From NCBI RefSeq assembly GCF_009914755.1, contig NC_060942.1: a stretch of DNA of 64,000 nucleotides; one strand, 5' to 3'. Position numbers and translations under genes: made by a program. Numbering within the stretch: position 1 is the stretch's first letter; every line of letters starts with the position of its first letter. Positions 1-11,110 of the stretch are shown one piece after another. The notes below the pieces were generated by a model. That model was not told the origin of the DNA, did not search any database, and worked only from the letters and a program-made list of their open reading frames with translations. This DNA is from the human T2T-CHM13v2.0 reference genome, Homo sapiens.

Positions 1-2263
1 CTGTCCCATACCAGGCTAAAGACAGCTGGTTACTCTCGGCTGCTGAGGAAGAACAATTAGCAAAGTAACTGTTTGTACATATCCTCTGCTTGCTAGACTA
101 ATTACTCTACACCCTAATAAGAAGATTGAATTATGAGCCTTCCTGCTCTGTGGGATGTATATGACTTTTGAAATCCCAAAATTATTGATTTTTCATGATC
201 ATAAAAACAAAGTTTTAGAGAAAGATGAATAGAAAACTGATTCTTAAATTGGTTAAGGCTTACTTTCATTCTCTACATTCCCCTATTTGTCTTTAACCAC
301 AGCCAAATGGGGAAATGTATAAGATTGTGTATACATTTTTACCACCATCATCAGGTACTTTATAGACTCTGCCAACATCTCCTTTTTTCCCTGAGCCCAA
401 ACACCCCCTCAACACTTGCACACCATACTTTGCCCTCTTTTTCCAATATTATTCTTTACTTAAACCCTTTTCTCTACTAATACCTGTGAATATTTCAAAC
501 ATGTAGCAAGCCAGTGCTATTAGTGTCTCTCAGTTTTCTCCACTAAAAATAGGAGACACATAAACTTCCTAATTCCCCACTGCACCTAATGGAATTCCAG
601 CCTCAATGATTTTAACAGTTATCTCCTCCACAACCCAAGCTACTGAAATGTCCCCTGCTCTGCCAGCTCAGGTGTCATTATTTGGGAAATATTACTTCTC
701 AACATTCTTTTTCTAGTTGTTTGCTTTTTCCATTATTTGCAGCTCAGCAGCTATTAAGATCCAATGCTGCAGAAAACAACAATAACAACAAAAGAGCCGC
801 TTAATAACTAAACTTAAAAACCAAACTAGTCAGCAGCGAACAATGCCTTGTCAACATTTCTAAATGGAGCAGAAAGAAGGCAAGCCAAAAGGACAGAGAG
901 AGGGCAAAAGAGAGAAAGGGACGCTTCCTGATGGATGAGTATGCATAAGTGCTTCGGATAATGGCTAAGAGGTAGAGTTTGCAACATATTAAAGAGGGGG
1001 AGGAGAGAAATAGGCGAATAGCCTCAGAAGGGGATCAGAGTGCAGTGAGATGGGCACACTCAGACCTTGGTGAAATGCTGAAGTCAACAAGACCTCCCTG
1101 GGGTGTGCCCTTACAAACCGCCCCCACTTCAAGGCTCTATTCCATTTAGCATCACCACCTCCCTTCTGCTTTCTGTTCCCACAGGGCTTTGCCCTCAAGA
1201 TAAATGAAATAAATCCTCCAGCTGATGAGAACTTAATATGTTCTTCCTCCCCAAGGTATTTACAAAGGCAGCAGAGACTCTCGGAATCCCCAAAGCCTTC
1301 ACGCTCCAAAGTAAGGCACGACAGATTTCAAGGAGGAGGAGATATTTTGGGGCAGAAGAGTTTTCCAGGACCCATCAAATCACTCCCTACAGACATCTGT
1401 CTGATAGATAATATATTCTTAAATGGGCTTTCTTTTGCTGTTTTATATCTTAAGAGAAAAGGGCAAAGTTGTGACTTTCTGTGATATCAGTACCAGGATT
1501 AGGACCCACTCTCCAATTGCCTTTGAAAAGAGAAAAAAGCAAAACGAAACCTTCCTCTGGCTTACTTTCAGAGCTCCAGTCAGATTGACTGTGCCAAGCA
1601 GACAGACCACCCACAAACTGCAATAAATAACAACCGTCTCTTCTGAGTCAGTTATCCACTGTATCACCCAAGGCAAGTGATTAAAAATTGCAATTTCTTT
1701 CACATAACAAGGGTGCTGTCAAACTGCAGCCCCTCACCATGGTTTTACAAGACTATGTGGAAAGCACAAAGTTCCATGTGCTGAGTTTTGTACTCCACAA
1801 CTAGCCTGAGATTATCAAATCAATGCTGGAATAAAAGTTTGCAGGAATAATTTCCCTACACAGTCTTTTGTTGATCTACTGACATTGCCTAAGAGATTTA
1901 ATTCACTCTTCTTCGTCCTTTTTTTTTTTAATTTATAAGACCTGTCATTGAAAGGCTCACCCAGTTTTTTGCTCCTCCTAATATGGATTTCTGACAAAAC
2001 ATGTCGCCATCCTGGTGTCATTTCCCAAATATTTTACCAATTAAAAAGCACCATCTCAGAAAACTATTCTCAAAACTCACCTCCTGCAAGACTCCTCTCC
2101 TACATTTTCACTTAGACCCTATCCTAATACCTTTGTCAATAAGGCTCCTTACTGGGTGTCTTTACTTGATCCTGCTTGCATGGCATCTTTACAAGGATAT
2201 CTAATGAAGATATTGAACATAGTATTTCAAAAAGCCACTTACCTTCTCCTGAGTAAGCGGAGT

Positions 2264-2510
2264 CATGTGATTCCACTTCTATAAAGTTCTTGAACAAGTG
2301 AGAGGAGCCTCAAATGGGGAAAAAAGAGTCAAGGTAGTTGTGTGGATAGAATGAAGATGAACTGGGAAGGAGTGAGGAAACATTCTAAGGTGAAGGTCAT
2401 GTTTCATGTTTTATAGGAGTTTAGGTTAAACAGATGTATGCAATTGTCAAAACTCAGTGAAAGTATACTTAAGATCTGTGCATTTCATTGTATGTAAAGT
2501 AAAAAAGGAA
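2264..2510 (+). mobile_element. Old L1 (L1MC/L1ME-like) 3' end fragment
   Basis: Typical L1M 3'UTR tail motifs 'tgtcaaaactcagtgaaagtatacttaagatctgtgcatttcattgtatgtaaa' followed by A-rich end. Confidence 0.65.
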
Positions 2511-2529
2511 GAAAAAAGCAATCAATTGC

Positions 2530-3412
2530 TTTCTATCCCTTCAATGCTGTTGTTTCCTCGGCAATTCTGTCTCAGAAAAAATCCACTATTCACTTATTCA
2601 CTCAGGGCCAAAATCTTAGAGTCATCTTTGACTTACCACTCCAGTTTATCAACAAATAATGTTGTCTATACCTTCAAAATATAATTGAATAAATTATGTT
2701 TTAAGTTTTGCATTACCAATATTCTAAGCCAAGCCACCATCAACTATTTCCCGAACCACTGCAAACCTCCTAATTGTTCTCTTGGCTTCCATTTTTGCCC
2801 TGATGCCCACCCACTCCTTTCAGCCCCATAGTCTAGTCTGTACACAAAAGCTATATTGAATCATATAAAGTCAGACCATAGGTCTCCCCTGTTCAATGGC
2901 TTCTCTGCACAGAATAAAATCAAAATATATTTTTCTTCATGGATGACAAGATGCTAAATTATCTGGTTCCTGCCAAATTCTCCAAATTCACCTTTAACTT
3001 CTTTCTCCTCTCTCATATCATTCTAACCATGCTGGCTGCCCTGATGCTCTGCCAAGCATATCCCTACCTCTCTGCCTATATTGCCCTTCCCCAGATAATA
3101 ACACAGCCCACTCCCTTACTTCAATCAAGAATCTATTCTTATTTTACTTTCTAAGAGAGGTCTTTTTGACAACTCCCTCTAAGTTACTATCCCCATTATT
3201 CTTTATTCTTTACCCTATCTTATTTGTTTTCATAGCATTCATCATTCTCTGACCATGGATTACTTGCTTCTAATTATTTTCTGTACTTGGATACAATCTT
3301 CACAGAGTCAAAACCTTTATTTTTTCCACTGTAATATTTCTATTACAATTCCTAAAATCTGGAACACTACAGGTGGTCAAGAAATACCTCTTAAATCGAT
3401 AAATTAAAAAAT
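2530..3412 (+). mobile_element. L2 LINE 3' portion
   Basis: L2 hallmarks 'ccaaaatcttagagtcatctttgact', 'ccaagccaccatca', 'cagaataaaatcaaa', and a terminal 'ggtcaagaaatacc...'. Confidence 0.7.
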
Positions 3413-3442
3413 AAGTTATTCAGTAATGTTTTTTTAATTCTC

Positions 3443-3986
3443 TGTGGCAGACAGTAAAAGATGACCATCATCAATTTCTTCCCTCTCTTTATGTGTCTGC
3501 TCCTATTCACATCAAATGGAGTTCAATCTCCATCCATTTAAATTTATGCTGACCTTAGTGACTTGTATTGACCAATGGAATGTGGTAGAAGTGAAGTTTT
3601 GAGACTTTCATTAGAAGGTCATAAGAAGATTTGGAGTTTCCATCCAAATATCTTAGAAAAAATTCTTTGACTCTCCACTGGGAAGCTCGCCAAAATACTG
3701 AAGGCCAATTTGCCAAAAAAGGCCACATGTAAATTCTCCAGTTGGCAGACCAGTTGAGCTCCCAGCTGACAGCAAGAATCAACTGAGTAAGCCATATTGG
3801 GTGCACAGCTGAGTCAAACCTTCAGACAACTCCAGGTACAGCCACCATTTTATGACATTGCATGATGGATCCCAAGCAATAGCCTTTTAGCTGATTCTAG
3901 TCAACGCACAAAGTCATGAAAGATTAATTGTCTTAAGCTACTAAGTTTTGGGCAATAGATGTTGCAGCAATAGGTATCTAGATACA
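3443..3986 (+). mobile_element. MLT1 (MLT1G/H-like) ERVL-MaLR solo LTR
   Basis: Starts TGTGGCAG, contains 'gaccaatggaatgtggtagaagtga', ends 'taagctactaagttttggg...gcagcaataggtatctagataca'. Confidence 0.75.
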
Positions 3987-5329
3987 CTTCAAATTATACT
4001 TTTCCTTCAACTCTATAAAACCTCCATGTTTTATAGTTGTTTTAGTGTACCTCAATCTATAAATTTCCTGACTCACTATTGTTCTTCAAGTATTCAGCTG
4101 ATATCTATAAATGTAAACAACTTAATAGATCATGTACATTCTCTGTGCACCTTCCACAAATACCAATATTATAGTAGGACTTACAATATATGAATAAACT
4201 ATACCTATTTTATATTCCTTATGCCTCAGGTGTGAGCAAGTTCATTGAATCACATGCCCAATTCCCCTACTTCAACTCTTCCACTTTATGTGCATCTTCT
4301 TTGCCTTTGATAAAACTGCAACCCCATCCTTCATCCTATTTGTATTTAAACTACATTCTTCAAAGACTCAGTCCAAGTCTTTAATAAATAACTATAAAAT
4401 ATTTTACCTTTGGTTTAGTAGCATCATCAATTTATCAATATTTATTTATTAAGTCTTAACTATTTATAGATAAATTTATAAGGCTTTGTACACAGAAGAT
4501 GAATAAAGCTTGATTCTAAACTCAATGTCTTTTTAATCCAAGTGTGGGAAGAGAATAAAGCTCATAAAATGCACTTAGAATGCAAAACATTATGTAATGT
4601 CAAGATGATCAACACAGGGAAGACTGTGGAGGAGGCAGATTGACGGTGACGGGTACCTGCTGGCTTTGTGGGATGCCCCTTAGGCTGCAAAGGAACCCTT
4701 GGCGAAGCTCCCTCATGGGTTTCTAACATTATCAATTCAGTGCCTACATTGGAAATGAGAACTTGAGGACCTGGAATTTGCTTTTAAAAGCCACTTTTCT
4801 TGCCATCCACTCCATCCCTCTGGGCTGCTGTCTCTTGCCATAAATCTTAGCTCTGGGAACTCCAGGGCATCTGACTCACTGTGGAGTATCTCTTGGAAAC
4901 CCAGGCTGGCTCCTACCTCAATTAAGCTTTTTTAGAGTGACTACTCCATACTTCTATTACAACGAGAAAAAAAAATCTCACTGTGAAGGCCTAACTCTTG
5001 CTATATACAGTCAGAAAACTTGGTCACAGTTAAGTGACTCCCCAAGCTACTTTGGGTGATCATAATCACATCACTTTTCTAATTCCCAACAGTCTGGTTT
5101 ATAGGACTTCGTTATCCTATTGTGGACCTTTTGACGATAATTAAAACATGTCAGCAGCACCAAAATTCTAGTGAGTTTTTCCAAAACTGATAGGAAAGTT
5201 TATACAGAAGGGTAATTCCCAATTTCTTACATTTCTTCCCCACAACCCAGCTCCTTCAAAACAACTTGTAATATCTCTTTTCAAATATCCCTTCTAAACC
5301 ATATTTAATAATTTTTAGCTGTAAATATG

Positions 5330-5800
5330 TGTTATTGTAGTATAATAAGAAATATGTATATGGTCTGTGCCCCAGTATCTGCCACCAAGCTCCTAAAACC
5401 TTTGTAATTTTCTGGGTGATGGGGTACCAAGTGCATCTTTTCTTCCGATACACTGTCTTTGATCCCAGTTTCTGACACAAAGTGTCTTATCCTTTGGAAT
5501 TTCCTAGGTGATTTGGGGTGTCTTTTGTTCTGATGAAGAGACTGTTACTGGGCACCTGGATGGGAGTGGTCACCAAAAGGATCAAGCTATGATTAGAAGC
5601 TTAGAACATTCAGCTGCCTCATCCTCCAGAAAAAAATAGAGATGCTAGTGATTGAGTTAATAATTGATCATGCTTACATGATGAAGTATCCATAGAAATC
5701 CCTGAACACAAAAAATTCCTGAACATAAAAATCATGAAAGTGTGGAAAAGATTGAGGGTGGCATGCCCAAAGAGGGCACAGAAGCTTGCACTATCTCACT
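5330..5800 (+). mobile_element. MER21C-like LTR, 3'-truncated
   Basis: 'tgttattgtagtataataagaaatatgtatatggtctgtgcccc...agctcctaaaacctttgtaatttt' and 'gattgagttaataattgatcatgcttacatgatgaag' match recalled MER21 consensus; stops abruptly at 5800. Confidence 0.75.
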
Positions 5801-6392
5801 AGGTTCCTTGGTTCTCATGATCTTCATGTCCCATGTAAAATTCAGGAAGCATGGCTTGACCTCCCCACATTAATTCTTGTTTTTTATTGCCACTTTGGCT
5901 CCTCACATTAGTTTCAATCATCTCCACACTGCTTTCAGCTTCATGCCAGTTCTTTCTGGTGGACCCAAAACACAAGTATCTGGAGATGAAGGTGAAGAAT
6001 CTTTCAGTGTCCCCTTCTGGCTCTGGCTATTGCTGGGGTCATGCCATACCACAAATTCTGCTGGTAGGTAGGTGAGGCAGGGACTTCAAGGCGATGGTAT
6101 AGTCCTCCAGCTCAACTTTCTTATAGCCCAAAAACAGATGGGTAGACAGTACCTCATTGTTTTTGTGGCCCATCAATGAGTCCTGCATATCTTCCCTTTA
6201 CCAGGGACATTAATTCATTTTCCTAGGTCCTGTAGTCAGGGACAACTTCATCTTGTTGAAGTTATTCTTGCCAATGATCTTGAGGAGCCAGTAGTTGCTA
6301 ATATGGGTCTCCTCCTTAGCAGAGATGACTGAAAGGCCATTCAGCATGTTAGACTTACTGTTGGCTCTAGAGACAAGTTATCCCACGGACAG
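5801..6392 (-). pseudogene. MARK2P: MARK2-like (MAP/microtubule affinity-regulating kinase) pseudogene fragment with two large internal deletions
   Basis: Minus-strand translation gives [39 protein letters not shown] (MARK2: [40 protein letters not shown]), then EDMQDSLMGHKNNEVLSTHLFLGYKKVELEDYTIALK (MARK2 UBA region [37 protein letters not shown]), then QQNLWYGMTPA and KPCFLNFTWDMK (MARK2 QQNLPYGVTPA, KPRSLRFTWSMK). Stops and frameshifts are present and no introns are seen between blocks. The specific MARK2P number was not determined. Confidence 0.88.
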
Positions 6393-6787
6393 CTTAAAAT
6401 TGGGAAAAGCTGGTAAGAAGCTAGGTCCATATTGCCTCAGAAGAAAACCAGATACAAAGTCTGTCTAATGAACTGATCACTACAGTGGTTTCAAAATACA
6501 ATATTAGACAAAAAATGAGATAAACAAAACAAATACTAATGAATTCAATTTTTAAAAAATGAAAAAAAAAGAACTAGATAAAAAAAGGGAAAACAAAGTA
6601 GACAAAATAGAAGAAAAGCCAAGGAAGGAACAAGCTAATTTTGATCAAGTCCTTCAGGGCAACGAAAGTTACCTTCTAGAGCCAGAACAAAAACTTATGC
6701 CCAGCCAGGGACAAATAATATACGTGCTTGGAATTTCATAACAATTACAGTAAGAAATGGACCTATCATGCCTGAGACCAATTCACG

Positions 6788-6915
6788 CAGTGGTTTTCTC
6801 ACTTTTTGGTCCTAAGAATTCTTTATTCTTTAAAGCAAAATAAGTGAATGCCAGATAACTTTTAGTTTATATGGATTATGGCAATTGATATTTGACCTAC
6901 TAGAAATTAAAACCC
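6788..6915 (+). mobile_element. Charlie1-family hAT DNA transposon terminal fragment
   Basis: 'cagtggttttctcactttttggtcctaag...ttttagtttatatggattat...gatatttgacctactagaaattaaaac' resembles the Charlie1a end. Confidence 0.6.
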
Positions 6916-7299
6916 ATAGGATGATTTTTAAAATATTATCAATAAAAACTGGAAATGTGGTGTTTGTTCAGTGGAGAGGTGTGTCAGTTTGGGCTGAAAA
7001 AGTTTAAGAAAGTCTTTTGAAATAATTGGGCCACATGACAGGCCTTAAAGAATGGGTAAAATTTGATTAAGCAAAACAATTCAAAGGATATTTGAGGCAA
7101 TGTTTCAAAAAGAGATAGATAGAGTGGTACATGTAAGATTTTGAAAGACATTTCTACTTCTTGAAGCATGGAGTAGGGCTGGAGTGTAATAGAAAATGGG
7201 GATGGAAAGGTGACTTGAACATTGATTATAGAGTAGTAATGTATTTCTCTCTCTAGAGTACGCTTATAAATTCCATTTGGCCAACTTTAGAGTCTGTAT

Positions 7300-7530
7300 A
7301 AAATACTGGTTAAGTGCACCTATCCCAAAGCCAGGCTATGTAGGTTCAAACTCAAACTCTCTGACTTGGTAGCTATGTTACTTTGGGCATGTCACTTAAC
7401 CTCTGTGTCTCAGCTCACTGTCTCTAAGAACAGGATAGCAGCAAGTGACCATGTAAGGTTGTTGTGGGATTTCATGTAATGTATGTATATAAATGCCCAG
7501 AACATTGTGAGTACTTGATCATTAATACTG
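7300..7530 (+). mobile_element. MIR SINE
   Basis: 'tggttaagtgcac...ggttcaaactc...ttgggcatgtcacttaacctctgtgtctcag...ggttgttgtgggatt' core. Confidence 0.7.
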
Positions 7531-8763
7531 TGCAGTTAAGGGAAAACCTGCAATGAAATAGCCATTTTGCCCTCTGCATCACACTCTTAAGTCTTCCTGA
7601 GTGTAGTGACAACTAAGACATTTTGTATTTTCTTCAAAAAATTTTCAGCATTGGTTTTGTTTATTGAGCCAATAATTTTGATAGCTAGACAATTCTACTC
7701 TACTTTTCATATTCATTACAATAGAATACCTTAGACAGTAGCCATTTATGTTTAATTTTTCCATGGATGTTTAATGCTAAAATTCAAAAAGGTTCATGGT
7801 ACACTAGGTATCATTCTATGTGCTTTACATATGATCTTCACAACAACTTCACAAGCTGCAAGTTTTGATCCAGTAACTTAAGGCTATGCAAGTACAAAGA
7901 ATGGTCGGTGTTATTCAAAAAATACCAGCAGCAGAGACAGCAGTGGTCTAAACTCAAAGACATTTGTTTTCTAGCACCTAGTTTTTAGACTGGAGTCAGA
8001 AGAACTGAGCGATTCAACATCTTAATTTTAGGGATAAGTAAACCAAGATTCATGAACTACCCAATATCACGCAAGTCGAATGCTCTTTCCATTTTCCTGC
8101 TTTGCTGTGGAATATATTTGAGGACTTATTTATGAAGATGATTTTATCTGGAATTTGGAAATAATAATACTTTACTGGGGTCAATGAAGCTTCCATTAAA
8201 AAGATTTGCCTCAAGGGATCCTAAAATCCTGCACAGCATCATGTCTCCTCTGTCTTCCTACTGGCTCCTTAATTTCCTTTCCTTCCCTCCCCTCCTCACA
8301 TGTTTCCCATCTAAACTTCATCACCCCTTAACCAAAAGTCACTAGATTTTTAATATTTCCTTCTGAAAACTCACAGTCATATACATTTACTGGAAAATGA
8401 TCTTTAAGAAAGATAATATGAACATATAATTTCTCAGGTATTTGGAAAACTCACGATAAAGATTACAATGCCTTGAAATTTGAGCTCTTTAGTTCAAAAT
8501 CTCTTTCCAACTAATTTTAGAAAAGTGAGATTGTAGTCCTTAATGGGTGATTAGAATAACCCTTTAAATGCCTGTTTTTATTCTTCCTGACTTTTGTAAA
8601 TATGCAACACTTCCTAAAGGAGTATCCAACAATTATCTTAGCAACTTTCCAAAAGTTGAACTGGGAAGCCTGGAAAGGGTCTGAGGAATTTATTCAGCCA
8701 ACTCAGCCCCACCAAGATGTTCTTAGAGTCACTTTTACTAGATCATAGAGTCAACGACCTGAC

Positions 8764-9224
8764 TGTGGAAGGCGCCACTCTTAGCTTGTGTGATCTTCAA
8801 CTGAGAATGTAAGACAAAGCCTTGCGTGAGAGTAATTTATGAGGAATGAGGAAGAGAGGGAATCAAACATGAAAGAAGTGTAGTCAATAAAAGATTTGTT
8901 AAGCTGGCTACCACAGAACCACTCGCTCACTCTCAATTCTGCAAGAGCTTTGGAGTAGGCTCATGAATTGCATTCAGAATCATCTTCCAGAGGATGAAAG
9001 GGGACTTCCAGGTTGTGCATGCTGAGTCCCAGGCAGGGTCATGCAAGCAGATTCTAGTATAAGCACAGCTCCAGGGCAGAAACAGAGAGGGCTATAGCAT
9101 GGCCCCAGGGAGGTACATCTGCAAGAAGCTGATCAAAGCCTGTGAGTACCTGTTTCAGAGGCCAAAGTCAGAACTGATTGAGACCAAGAGGATTTGAAGA
9201 GGAGCATAAAAGTAGTGTGATACA
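8764..9224 (-). mobile_element. ERVL LTR (LTR33-family-like)
   Basis: TG...CA bounded; 'agacaaagccttgcgtgagagtaatttatgagg', 'gtcaataaaagatttgttaagctggctaccac' resemble antisense LTR33. Confidence 0.5.
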
Positions 9225-9582
9225 GGATCTTAGAGATAATCCAGCTAAACCTGATATTTTATGGGTAAGGAAACTGCAAGCCAAAGAGCAGATTCCATGA
9301 TAATTAGGGATGGCAACAGAGCTAGAATGGTGCTAATTGCTCCTAAGCCAGTAGTATATGTTGTCTCTTTTCTCCCAATTGGAAAAACAATAATTTTCAC
9401 AAGCTTGGGATGTGTCTTTTTGAAATTACATTTATTAAATGAAATTTACAATTCCTTCAGAGATGCAAAAGTTTGTTATGAGTCTGTCATGCACAGAAGC
9501 CACAATCTGCACTGTGGCACAAAGTGAAATGACGAGACCTCAGGCCCTTCTATGAAAATGACATCTAACAACTCAACATACA

Positions 9583-9760
9583 AGTTAAGGGTATGGGTTC
9601 TGGAGACAGACTGCCTGGACTCAATGTCTAGCTCTACTATTTACTACACTGGGACCTAGGTCAAGTTAGTTTGCATCTATATGTTTCAGATTTCTCCTCT
9701 GTAAAAGGCAAAGGGCAGATCTGAGGATTAAATGTTACATATGAAGTGTGTGAGACTATG
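9583..9760 (+). mobile_element. MIR SINE
   Basis: 'gttaagggtatgggttctggagacagactgcctgg...tttctcctctgtaaaa...gaggattaaatg'. Confidence 0.7.
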
Positions 9761-10244
9761 AATAGAAAGATTTCACAAATAAAGTTATAAAGAACTCTAA
9801 GCAACTGGACTAGGCCAAGACTAAAATTTCAACTGTTGCCAAATGCCTGTAAGGTTACAACTAATCATCTTGTAACTGTGTAGATAACCCACAATATGAT
9901 TCTTACATATATTTTCTGTCTTCCTTACATCACGCCCCTTGAAGCATTAACACTTGACTATGTTTTACTCTCCCATTTCTCTGATGTTTTCCTTCCTCTT
10001 TGACTTAGAACGCCCTCTGATTTTTCTTTCTGGTCATTTAAATCCTATTCATTTAAGTTTCCCCAAAGTGATTCATTTCTCACTAAATGACTACATCCCA
10101 TGGGCTGGCCTAGAACAGGAACATAACAGATGCATGTGCACTGAATGAGCTGAGTGATGAATCACTCCTTGAGCATGGTACTGTTTCCTAGCTCTGGATA
10201 ACCCTGGTTAGGCCAGTAGGGGAGCAGGAACAAACCATCCTTTC

Positions 10245-10620
10245 CACAAACATTCACTGATCTACAATCATAAGCATCGAGAGAGGCTCTGGGAAAATAG
10301 CAGTGAGCAAAGTAGATTTGCTCTCTGATCTTAGGGCATTTATAATAGACTAGTAGAGCAGACAATCAACACCTATAGTAAAATAAATCTAAGTTTACCA
10401 TTGTGATAAGTTCAAAGAAGGAGAGAACACGGTGTTGTAATTGAAGAATACTGAGAACTGGAAGTAGATTTGACTTCTTCAGAAAAGTCAATGTATGTGA
10501 GAGCTGAACTATAACTGCAAGGTGACCAGATGTGTGTTCTGGGAGGAATCAGAAAGAGAGAATGGCTCAGGGAGAGGAACAGCATAATTAGAAGACCTTG
10601 TAAATTGAGAGAGTTTCTCC
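10245..10620 (-). mobile_element. L2 LINE 3' end
   Basis: Antisense L2 motifs 'aacattcactga...ctgggaaaatagcagtgagcaaag...gggagaggaacagcata'. Confidence 0.55.
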
Positions 10621-10970
10621 TGAGGATCAGCTACAAGAATCCCAGTAACATCGTGAGTGGGTGCACGAAATGCAAAGGAAATATGATATGCTGCGTAAGG
10701 CCTTGAAATTATTTGAACAGCAATTTCAAGAGCACTTTTGTAATACAATATATCCACCAAGTCCACTATTATGTGCAAAATATTAGTATTTCATTTCAGT
10801 GTGCTATGTTCATCCAAGGAAAGATCATGAATATTCGTTGAATTGGCATCATTTGGGTGGAGCACCTCCCAAAAGTTGGAGTATACCCCAAATCATAATA
10901 AGTATAGTTTTAAAGTATTAATCATTCCTGCTCATGAGAACTTCTTCAATTTATAAATTCATATATATAT

Positions 10971-11110
10971 TAAGGTTTCTAGTTTCTACCTTAAGCATGA
11001 GTGTGTGCATATATATAGATAAATATAAAGAGAGAGAATATATAGAATGTATATATAAATATATATCTATTCATGTATATTCATGCTTGAGGTAGAAACT
11101 GGAAACTTTA
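10971..11110 (+). repeat. Long inverted repeat (hairpin) with TA-rich spacer
   Basis: 10971-11007 pairs with 11074-11110 without interruption when G:U is allowed (29 Watson-Crick + 8 G:U by manual count). Confidence 0.9.

Noticed and set aside
2236-2246. Minus-strand AAG|GTAAGT donor
   Set aside because: Adjacent to an L1 fragment with no matching acceptor or ORF; expected by chance
4600-5030. Possible ERVL-type LTR ending 'ttggtcaca'
   Set aside because: LTR-like texture, but no family or boundaries could be supported
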